From Opitutales bacterium (lineage in GTDB: Bacteria > Verrucomicrobiota > Verrucomicrobiia > Opitutales > UBA2987), in the NCBI GenBank assembly GCA_965226885.1, contig CBDDEL010000017.1, forward strand, positions 96,001 through 160,000: a DNA stretch of 64,000 nt, written 5' to 3'. Of this stretch, positions 55,655 through 64,000 are shown in pieces. Under the pieces are notes generated by a model, which saw only the letters and a list, made by a program, of their open reading frames with translations, ran no database searches and had not been told where the DNA came from. The translations under genes were made by a program, and so were the position numbers. Every line of letters starts with the position of its first letter. Within the stretch, counting starts at the first letter, position 1.

Positions 55655-56638
55655 CTAATTTCGGGGTAATTTTCCCTCAATATTGCGTTCCTGTAGGATT
55701 TGTGCCGCCACGCTGACGGCGATTTCTTCCGGCGTGTCGCTATCAAGAGAAAGGCCAATGGGCGCATAGATTTTTTCGAACCTCTCCTTTTCCACGCCTT
55801 CCTCGGCCACAGTTTCATAAATTTTTTTAATTTTCGTCATGCTGCCCATAATGCCGATGAAGGGAAATGGCAGCAGGATGGTCCCGAGCAGCCCTCTCAC
55901 ATCCGACATTAAATCGGTGGTCATTATTACCACGCAGGTGAATTGCGGAAATGGAATGAGCCCGCCCGCCTCCCTATAATCGCTCACAATTCGGATTTCC
56001 CGGGCCCCTTTGACATTTTGCAAAGTGAAAACATCCTCCCGCGTATCGAAAATGAACACCTCATAGCCAAGTGGGGCCATGATTTGACAAAGGGCGGTGG
56101 AACAATGCCCGCCCCCGATTATTGCCATGCGCTTGCGGTTGAGAAGTTGCTCTTCGTAGCGCCACTCGTCATCCTGCTGCCGCAGCCTGATTTTGGGCTC
56201 CTCCGGGTCGGCCTCGGTCTCATCGACCTTGAGGCCCTTTTTATCGATTATTAAAGTGGCGTTGCCATCCCGCTCCGCCAATTCCACCATGCGGTCAATG
56301 ACCGGCCCATCCCGCTCCGGCAAACAAAGCCCATAGACATTGGTCTGGCTTCCCGCGCAGATCATGCCGGATTTGTCACCCTCACCCGCCCGGCGATGCA
56401 AAAGCGTCTGCACTTCAGGAACGAAACCATTACCATCCAGAATACTACGTGCCCTCTCCACCAGATGGTACTCCATCGCCCCGCCGCCCATGGTTCCCCA
56501 TAAAGCTCCACCCTCGGCCACCAGGAATTTGGCCCCCGGAGTCCCCGGCGATCCCTTCGTATTTTCCGCCACTAAGGCAATAAAGGTTTTTTCGCCCTTT
56601 TGCAGATGACCCTGAACTTGTTTCCAGAAAGCGAGCAT
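55655..56638 (-). CDS. xdhC: XdhC/CoxI-family Moco chaperone
   Basis: 'KGSPG', 'GTMGGGAME', 'GGGH', 'APIGL...TPEEIAVS'. Confidence 0.92.
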   Translation of the reverse strand: MLAFWKQVQGHLQKGEKTFIALVAENTKGSPGTPGAKFLVAEGGALWGTMGGGAMEYHLVERARSILDGNGFVPEVQTLLHRRAGEGDKSGMICAGSQTNVYGLCLPERDGPVIDRMVELAERDGNATLIIDKKGLKVDETEADPEEPKIRLRQQDDEWRYEEQLLNRKRMAIIGGGHCSTALCQIMAPLGYEVFIFDTREDVFTLQNVKGAREIRIVSDYREAGGLIPFPQFTCVVIMTTDLMSDVRGLLGTILLPFPFIGIMGSMTKIKKIYETVAEEGVEKERFEKIYAPIGLSLDSDTPEEIAVSVAAQILQERNIEGKLPRN

Positions 56639-57109
56639 GAATGGTCTCGGTTAACTAAATGTTACGATTGTATGTTTAAATTTATAAAATTAAGTGAAAT
56701 TAATAAAATATTCGACCAAACCCAAGGGTCAAGCAACTCACAATGGTTCCCAGGATACCCGATCCCGTTTTGACCAGTTAGGCCCAAGCCAAGACCAAGA
56801 ACTCTTCCGAAGGCTGTTTTTCAACCGATTTTCACCCAAACCAGCCGAAAATCCATAGCAAGGTTTTCAACCAGCAGGCCCTGGCCCCGGCCCTAAAGCT
56901 TGGTTTTATAAATTTCGCCGTCCTTCAAGATTTATTCGCGCATATTGGCGTTCATACGCGATTAGCCATGAAATCTGTGAATCTACGAAGCATTGGTATT
57001 TTGGTCGGTAATTCATAATAGTGAACATATAAACACATAAACCAATAAACCACAAGCTTTTTTTTCAAAAAAAAGCATATTAATATTTTCTAATAACCCT
57101 CCTTAACCA

Positions 57110-57366
57110 TCAAGAAGATACGGAATTAACAAGCCGCAAAACAAGCTCCTCGACTTCACGAAATGCTTTCTCCTTTGAGATTTCAAACCGGTTGTCACCA
57201 AATTCCTGATAGTCAATGCAAATGAGGTGAGGTTCTGATTCAACACCAAGGTAATGCTTGCATGTTGAAATGTGAGTCTCGAGGTGGTTCATAGATAAAT
57301 CTACACCTACTGGGCCGAAGTCACCTTCACCTCGTGAACTCAGAATAACAAGTGTTTTTCCTATTT
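57110..57366 (-). pseudogene. C-terminal remnant of an FMN-dependent NADH-azoreductase (AzoR/AcpD-like)
   Basis: Frame reads 'GKTLVILSSRGEGDFGP...MNHLETHI...YLGV...IDYQEFGD'; 5' part cut at the IS. Confidence 0.65.
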
Positions 57367-57642
57367 TAGAGGCTGTCCCAAAAATATAAAGATTTTATAG
57401 TCAACTGGATGACGTTGATAAAAAGAGCCGGAAAGAGCAAGTTTTTGCTCGATCCGGCCAAAAAAGGGTTCTATAATTGAGTTAGCGAAAATCAATATAG
57501 CCCTTTCTATGAAAAATATAGCCATCCAATGCCTCCTGCGTCCAGCTTTAACTGTGGTCGACCGGTGCTGTAAACGCCGGGGAAAAACCGGTACGGTAAA
57601 GAGGGCGCTTTAAAACCGGTACGCTTATCCTAGAAAGGAGGA

Positions 57643-59148
57643 GTGTATCGAGATATGAAGCAATGGACAAGAGTGCGGCACAAAGTGCTGCGGGACAAGC
57701 AGAGCAAGCGCTCTGTAATGCGAGAAGAGGGACTGCACTGGGAGACCCTGGGAAAGATGCTGGCCTATTCCCAGCCGCCGGGATACCGGCGCAAGAAGAG
57801 GCGAGAGCGCAAGATCGATCCGTATGTGGGCTGGATCGAGGAGGTGCTCAAAGCGGACCGGAACGTGCCCAAGAAGCAGCGCCATACGGCCAAGCGGATC
57901 TACCAGCGTTTGGGTCGGGAGAAGGGCTACCAAGGGGGCTACACGGCGGTCAAGGAGGTGGTGGCCGAGCTGCGAGCGAGGCGGCGGGAAGTGTTCGTGC
58001 CGCTGGAGCACCGCCCCGGGGAGGGACAGGTGGACTTCGGTCATGCCCTGGTGAAGGAGGCGGGGCAATTGCGTAGGCGGCCATTTTTTGCCATGAGCCT
58101 GCCCTACAGCGATGCCTTTTTCGTGCAGGTGTTCGAACGGGAGTGCACGGAGAGCTTCTGGGAGGGGCACCTGCGAGCTTTTGAGTTTTTCGGGGCGGTG
58201 CCCCGGCGCATCAGCTATGACAACTCGAAGGTGGCGGTGGGTAAGATTATCGGTTCGCGTGAACGCAAGCTGACCGACGGGTTTCTGCAGCTACAGAGCC
58301 ATTACCTGTTCGAGGAACACTTCTGTCTGCCCGCCCGGCCCAACGAGAAGGGCGTGGTCGAGGGGATCGTGCGTTATGCCCGGGCCAACTTCCTGGTACC
58401 GGTACCGCAGGTTCGGGACCTGGAGGAACTCAACGCAGAGCTGTTGGAGGCATGTGAGCGGGACATGGAGCGTAAATTACGCGGGAAAAGGGCGGTGAAA
58501 AAGGAACTGCTGGCCGAGGAGCGCGCCGTCATGCTGGCGTTGCCGCCCATACCCTTTAAAGCGAGCCGCAAACGCTCGACCTGCGTCAGCAGCCTCTCGC
58601 TGGTGCGCTTCGAGTGCAACGACTATTCGGTGCCGGTGCGCTGCGCCCACCATCCGGTGGTGGTGGAAGGGTCCTGTCGGCAGGTGGTGATCTTCTGTGG
58701 GGGCCAAGAGGTGGCCCGGCACCGCCGCATTTGGGATAAAGAGCAAGTCTCTTTCGAGCCGGTGCACTACCTGGCTTTGCTGGAGAAAAAACCGGGCGCT
58801 TTGGACTTCGCCTGCCCACTCTCGGGCTGGCAGTTGCCGCAGTGCCTGCAGGTCCTCAGACGCCGGCTCGAAAGCCAATGCGGGGGCGAAGGCACCCGGG
58901 AGTATATCCGGGTGCTGCGGCTGTTGGAGAAACACCCCATGGCGGCCTTGCAGCAGGCCGTCGTCTCGGCCCTGCGGGTGGGGGGACTGACTCGTGAGGC
59001 CATCGCCCAGTATCTCTATCCTCAGGAAGACTACGGGAGCAGAACCTTCCGGCTGGACGGCCATCCACACCTGCGTCACGTCCGTGTGGCCGCCCCTGAC
59101 CTCGGTGCCTACAGCGAACTGCTCAAGATTCCAGGAGGGGCTTTATGA
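57643..59148 (+). CDS. istA: IS21 transposase IstA
   Basis: Near-identical to the other copies. Confidence 0.95.
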   Translation: MYRDMKQWTRVRHKVLRDKQSKRSVMREEGLHWETLGKMLAYSQPPGYRRKKRRERKIDPYVGWIEEVLKADRNVPKKQRHTAKRIYQRLGREKGYQGGYTAVKEVVAELRARRREVFVPLEHRPGEGQVDFGHALVKEAGQLRRRPFFAMSLPYSDAFFVQVFERECTESFWEGHLRAFEFFGAVPRRISYDNSKVAVGKIIGSRERKLTDGFLQLQSHYLFEEHFCLPARPNEKGVVEGIVRYARANFLVPVPQVRDLEELNAELLEACERDMERKLRGKRAVKKELLAEERAVMLALPPIPFKASRKRSTCVSSLSLVRFECNDYSVPVRCAHHPVVVEGSCRQVVIFCGGQEVARHRRIWDKEQVSFEPVHYLALLEKKPGALDFACPLSGWQLPQCLQVLRRRLESQCGGEGTREYIRVLRLLEKHPMAALQQAVVSALRVGGLTREAIAQYLYPQEDYGSRTFRLDGHPHLRHVRVAAPDLGAYSELLKIPGGAL

Positions 59149-59912
59149 AGGAAGAAAAAAACCAGCTGCTGTTACACCATCACCTCAAGAAACTGAAGTT
59201 GCCCACCATCCTGCGCGAATGGCCGGCGGTGGCCGCGGCTTGTTCCCGGGACCGGCTCGATTACGCCGCCTTTTTGTTGCATCTGGTCGAACGGGAGCTC
59301 ATTGAACGCGAACAGCGGGCCGCCCAGCGGCGGATCAAAAACGCCCGTTTCCCCGTGCTCAAGACCCTCGAGAGCTTCGCCTTTGAAGCGCAGCCCTCGA
59401 TCAACGAAGCGCTCATCCGAGAGCTCATGCGCGGGGAGTATGTCGACCAGCGCGAAAACGTGCTGCTCCTCGGTAACGCCGGTACCGGTAAAACGCACCT
59501 GGCCACCGCCCTGGGCTTTGCCGCCTGTGCCCAGGGCCGGCGGATCCGTTTCTTCGGGGTCACCGCCCTGGTTACCCATATGCTCGAGCAACGCGACAAC
59601 CACGACCTGCAGCGCTTCATGAAGCAACTCGAAAGGCTCGACCTACTCATCCTCGACGAACTCGGTTACGTCCCTTTTTCCAAGACCGGTTCCGAACTGC
59701 TCTTCGACGTGGTCAGCCGCGCTTACGAGCGCACCAGTCTCATCGTCACCACCAACCTGCCCTTTGAGAACTGGATCGAAGTGCTCGGTTCCGAACGGCT
59801 CACCGGAGCTCTGCTGGACCGACTCACCCATCGGGTGCATATCCTCGAAGCCAACGGGCAAAGCTACCGCTTGCGCGATGCTCGACGCCGTCGCCGTGGC
59901 ACAAAACAATAA
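59145..59912 (+). CDS. istB: IS21 helper ATPase IstB
   Basis: Same protein as 22216..22983. Confidence 0.95.
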   Translation: MKEEKNQLLLHHHLKKLKLPTILREWPAVAAACSRDRLDYAAFLLHLVERELIEREQRAAQRRIKNARFPVLKTLESFAFEAQPSINEALIRELMRGEYVDQRENVLLLGNAGTGKTHLATALGFAACAQGRRIRFFGVTALVTHMLEQRDNHDLQRFMKQLERLDLLILDELGYVPFSKTGSELLFDVVSRAYERTSLIVTTNLPFENWIEVLGSERLTGALLDRLTHRVHILEANGQSYRLRDARRRRRGTKQ

Positions 59913-60996
59913 ACGCCTTGGGCCCGGCTCGTCGGCCTCCGGCCTCCTCACCGACCCCAAGCCAATCCCCAAAACCAACTCCCAAACCCTAAACCTTGAC
60001 GTACCTGCAATTACTAACCTAAACCTTATTCCAAGCGTACCGGTTTTACTCCGACCCCCGTACCGGTTTCATCCCGGCGTTTACACGGTGCCTCGATTAC
60101 GATAACTTCCGCGCCACCATTGATCGAATCGATCGGCTGCTGATCGACTCGGAGGTGGAATCGCAGGCCATTGAGCTGGCCTTGGAGGGGTGGCCGCCAA
60201 TGGGTCTAAAGGCCCGGCGGCAGCGGGCCAGTTTTGCCATCAAGGCACTGCGCATGGATACGCTGGGCCGTCTGCTCGGAGGGATTTCGTTTCGGCATTT
60301 GTCGCGGGCTCTGGGCAGCAGCGATCTGTTGGCCGACTTTTGCCGTGTCCGGCAGATCGATGGCATCAGGGGCATCTCCAAAAGCACCCTGGAGCGGGCC
60401 TCGAAGTTTTTCAGCGAAGAGCAGTTGAGGGCCTTGCACCGGACCTTGACTGAGGTGGTGGGCGATGCCCTTCTGGCCCGGCAGGTGGGATTGGACAAGC
60501 CGATTGACACCACCATTTGCCTGATCGACGGCACCTGTTTGGAGGCTAACATTCATTGGCCGACGGACTGGGTATTACTCAAGGATGTAGCCGGCACGTT
60601 GCTCAAAGCGATCCGGCTGATCCGCGAGAAGGCCGGTGTGCGCCATCGCATGCCGATCGAACCGGAGCCCTTGGCTCGGCAGATGAATCGGCTGTGCATA
60701 CAGATGACCCACAGCCGGCGGCGAAAGGACAGCGCGCGGCAGCGCAAGGGTATCTTGAGGCAGATGAAAAAGCTGCTCAAACGGATCGGGGAGCATGCCC
60801 GCAGTCACCGGGAATTATTGCAAGCCTGCTGGGAGCAAAGCGATTACAGCGAAAAACAGGTCCAACAGATCCTCGCCCGGATGGAGCGCATGAGCGAGCA
60901 AATCCCGGTGGTCATCAAACAGGCGCACGAGCGGATCATTGGCGGCCGGCAGGTGAAAAACGCAGAGAAAGTCTTGAGTGTTTACGAACTCGATGG

Positions 60997-61798
60997 GGTA
61001 GTGTATAAAAAAAGAATGTTATTTTGTATTTTTAGCTGTACAAATAGCGTTAGGCAGTTTATTCTTAGTGCATGGTTACTAAAATTATTAATTGTCGGCA
61101 CTGTGGAAGTGAAAATATCATTAAATTTGGCAAGACGCCCAACCATAAACAGCGCTACCGCTGCCATGATTGTGGTAAACAAAGCCGCGAAAACCCCACA
61201 GTGAAATACACCGAAGAGCAAAAAGAAATGATCCTTCGAGTCTATCAGGAACGCAGCAGTCTACGCGGTTTACAGCGCGCCTTCGGGGTGAGTCCCAACA
61301 CCGTTTTGAGTTGGTTAAAAAAAACGACAATCGCTGCGACCGCTCAAAAGCACGATTCTTGCGGCCCGCCGCCATGATGTCATTGAACTGGACGAACTGT
61401 GGTCTTTTGTGGGGCGCAAGAGCGATGCCCAATGGGTTTGGATCGCTCTTTGCCGACGCACCCGTCAAATCCTCTCCTATGCCATTGGGCCTCGGGATTG
61501 GTATCGTTGCCGGGAACTTTACGAGCGTCTGCCACGGGCCTACAAAAGATGTGCCACCTACAGCGACTTTTGGAGCACTTATGATGAAGTCTTTCCTCAT
61601 AACCGATCCGTGGGAAAAGAAACCGGTGAAACGGCCCATGTGGAACGATGGAACAATACCCTGCGCCAACGACTGGGTCGTTTCACACGCAAAACCCTCT
61701 CCTTTTCCAAGCTTAAGAGTATGCATGAAACCTGTCTGAGACTTTTCATTCATCAATATAATCAAGAATTAGCCACCATTCCTACTTAATACACTACC
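60997..61798 (+). mobile_element. IS1-family element (802 bp), 8-bp TSD CTCGATGG
   Basis: IRs GGTAGTGTAT / ATACACTACC; TSD at 60989-60996 and 61799-61806. Confidence 0.95.
61072..61789 (+). CDS. IS1 transposase InsAB (programmed -1 frameshift)
   Basis: InsA 'CRHC...QRYRCHDC'; A8 run at 61317-61324; InsB 'ELDELWSFVG', 'HVERWNNTLRQR'. Confidence 0.9.
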
Positions 61799-62759
61799 CT
61801 CGATGGGCAGGTGATTGTGCGAGGTAAAGCGGGCCAAGAGGTCGAGTTCGGCAACACCCTGTTTTTGGGAGAAAGCGTTGAAGGGTACCTGCTGGACTGG
61901 AAACTCTACGGCAGCCGAACTCCAAGCGAAAATGAACAAATGCAAGAGAGTTTGCAAAGACAGAACCGCTTCAACCTGGAAGAACCCATAGCGGCCATGT
62001 GCGCGGACCGGGGATTTGCCTCCCAGCGGGCCCGCCGGCAGTTAGCCCAGGAGGGAATCTACGACGCGCTCTGTCCACGCGATCCGAAGCAGTTGAAAAA
62101 ACGGATGGAGGAACCACTGTTCAGGCAATTGCAAAAGCGCCGGGCCAGCACCGAAGGGCGGATCGGGGTATTGAAGAATCGCTGGCAGGCCGGGCGGTTG
62201 CGCAGCAAAGGCTTTGCCAACCGCTCGATCAGCGTAGCCTGGTCGGTACTCTCGCACAACCTATGGAAAGTAGCCAAGATGCTGGCCCAGCAAGACGAAC
62301 TAAAAACCAAAGCGGCGGCCTAGAGAGCGGAAAAGCAAGGACAATACTTTTTCACAGCCTTACTGTCGGCTCATACAAAGAAAACCAGGCAACCGGACCC
62401 CAAAACCAGTATCCTAACGTCATAGGAGAGCAAAGTTGATACTCTCCCAAATGCAAATACCTCTAAAATGAGCGCCTATCAAAAGCCCTCGCAAAAATCA
62501 CCCTTTTGGGACAGCCTCTAGGGTAGGAGAGTTCGAAAACCTGAGCCAGTGGCGAAACACATATTATTCAATCCATTCATTCAATTTTTTACAAAAAGGG
62601 AAATTGAACCCGAAAACTGCTCTTTTTGCGTCACCCATTGGATTTTAATCCGGAACCATTGGTTGATAGTGGACTAGTGGAAAATCATCTCAATATCATC
62701 ATCCTGAGACGAATTTTCGCCGAGAAATGGAAAATTTTTAAAAAAATGAAAAAAAACGC

Positions 62760-62788
62760 TTGACACTGACTTACTAGTAGGTAAATAT
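62760..62788 (+). promoter_or_regulatory. Putative tetR promoter with a palindromic operator in the spacer
   Basis: TTGACA-N17-AAATAT; ACTTACTAGTAGGT at 62769-62782. Confidence 0.65.
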
Positions 62789-62794
62789 GGGATT

Positions 62795-63364
62795 ATGCAA
62801 GATAGGAAATCAGAGATTTTGGACCTCGCTTTGACGCTGATACAGTACCGGAGTTTTAGCGCATTTAGCTATCGGGACTTGTCAGAACGTCTTGGTATCA
62901 GCAAGGCGGCGATTCATCATCATTTCCCCTCGAAGGAATCCCTCGGGGTCGCTGCCGCTGAACGATATCATGAGCAGATCAAGTCGAGGTTGGTGCGATC
63001 CACTAACCAAAGCGACGATCCCTGGAAGCAGCTAGAAGGATACTTGGAGTTGGTGGACGGGGTAATAGAAACCGAAGAGCGAATCTGCGCTGCAGGGTCA
63101 ATTCAAGCGGATTACAAAGATGTTCCGGCGAGCGTTCGGGACGAAATGGCGGTCTTAATACGCTTTATAATTTCGTGGATCGCGGAAGTAATTGAAACCG
63201 GACGGAAGCAAGGCACGATGGACTTTCCGGGTAAATCCAAAGACCAGGCGATCTACATATTCACCGCCGTGCAAGGCGCACTGCAAATCGGCCGCGCACA
63301 GGGGAAAAGTCAATTCGACAGAGTGATTCGTCAGATCAGAAAAAACCTGAAACCCAGAGAATAA
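62795..63364 (+). CDS. TetR/AcrR-family transcriptional regulator
   Basis: 'FSYRDLSERLGISKAAIHHHFPSKE' HTH. Confidence 0.95.
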   Translation: MQDRKSEILDLALTLIQYRSFSAFSYRDLSERLGISKAAIHHHFPSKESLGVAAAERYHEQIKSRLVRSTNQSDDPWKQLEGYLELVDGVIETEERICAAGSIQADYKDVPASVRDEMAVLIRFIISWIAEVIETGRKQGTMDFPGKSKDQAIYIFTAVQGALQIGRAQGKSQFDRVIRQIRKNLKPRE

Positions 63365-63385
63365 GTTTTTTTTAAGCACCGAACA

Positions 63386-63400
63386 TACCTACTAGTAAGT
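63386..63400. promoter_or_regulatory. Second copy of the putative TetR operator
   Basis: TACCTACTAGTAAGT is the exact reverse complement of 62769-62783. Confidence 0.7.
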
Positions 63401-63606
63401 AACTTATTCAATTTAAACAGAAAGAACATTCATTATGAATAATCAGAATACAATGGAGATAGAGAAAATAGAATCTATGACAGCGTTAGGCTATAATCGG
63501 CTTTTTAACCGGAAAGAAAAGGTGAAAACGGTGAGTAGTATATAGCCCAATTCATGTTTTATAATACTAAATAAAAATAATTATAAAAACGAAAGGAATA
63601 AAAATT

Positions 63607-64000
63607 ATGTCTAATACATTAACATTAACACAAACCAAACGCTTTGAGGGCAAGAATGTTCTCGTTACGGGTGGATCTGGTGGGATCGGAAAAGCGACAG
63701 TAGAGCGAATTGTTGCCGAAGGTGGACGCGTTCTGATTACTGGAACAAATGTCAAGAAGCTCAATGCCGTGAAAGCGGAGTTACCCAATGTTGTCACGCT
63801 CTTGAATGACGCCGGCGACCCGGCCGCCGCAGAGCGACTCGGTGAGGTTGTGAAGTCGGTATTTGGTGAGCTCGATGCGGCATTCCTCAATGCCGGTCAT
63901 GGAACATTTGTTCCCCACACCGAGGTGACCGCTGACAACTTCGATCGCCAATACGCGGTAAACGTCCGCGGGCCGATCCTCCACGTAAAAGCTATTTCGT
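63607..64000 (+). CDS. SDR-family oxidoreductase (runs off the window end)
   Basis: 'MSNTLT...VLVTGGSGGIGKA...LDAAFLNAG'. Confidence 0.92.
   Translation, partial: MSNTLTLTQTKRFEGKNVLVTGGSGGIGKATVERIVAEGGRVLITGTNVKKLNAVKAELPNVVTLLNDAGDPAAAERLGEVVKSVFGELDAAFLNAGHGTFVPHTEVTADNFDRQYAVNVRGPILHVKAIS

Larger units (their letters stand above)
57569..60085 (+). mobile_element. IS21-family element copy 3 (2517 bp), 6-bp TSD CGGTGC
   Basis: CGGTGC at 57563-57568 and 60086-60091. Confidence 0.96.
57369..62518 (+). mobile_element. ISNCY/IS5-like element copy 2 carrying nested IS21 and IS1
   Basis: Same IRs as 13961..15777; removing both inserts and their TSDs gives exactly 1817 bp. Confidence 0.95.

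Noticed and set aside
60155..61204. 349-aa ORF as a novel transposase fusion
   Set aside because: It is the middle fragment of the interrupted ISNCY transposase reading into IS1 sequence.
63435..63545. 36-codon ORF between tetR and the SDR gene
   Set aside because: Short, AT-rich and without motifs; there is no support for it being coding.

Overview
Chromosomal window, probably from a Verrucomicrobiota (Opitutae-like) bacterium. This is an inference from the PEP-CTERM sorting signal, the triple-domain TonB protein and the ileS-dksA-lspA cluster. The region is undergoing heavy IS expansion and gene decay. Twelve IS copies of seven types (three IS3-family types, IS1380, IS21, IS1 and an ISNCY/IS5-like type) cover about 19.3 kb, roughly 30% of the window, and several are nested or accompanied by adjacent deletions. 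The backbone carries htpG, gpmI, ileS, dksA, lspA, xylAB, mgtE, ispA, priA, a Fur homolog, nadA, pilD, xdhABC, a TetR/SDR pair and tRNA-Arg(UCU), which has a decayed integrative element at its 5' side. The pseudogenes are an RND pump, a PEP-CTERM protein, a ZIP transporter, an integrase, xylA, an MFS transporter and an azoreductase. The most unusual signal is a set of perfect 5-8 bp tandem duplications inside genes (PEP-CTERM gene, integrase, xylA, MFS twice). They look like target-site duplications with no IS between them, and the 6 and 8 bp sizes match the TSDs of the resident IS21 and IS1. No CRISPR array or rRNA was seen.
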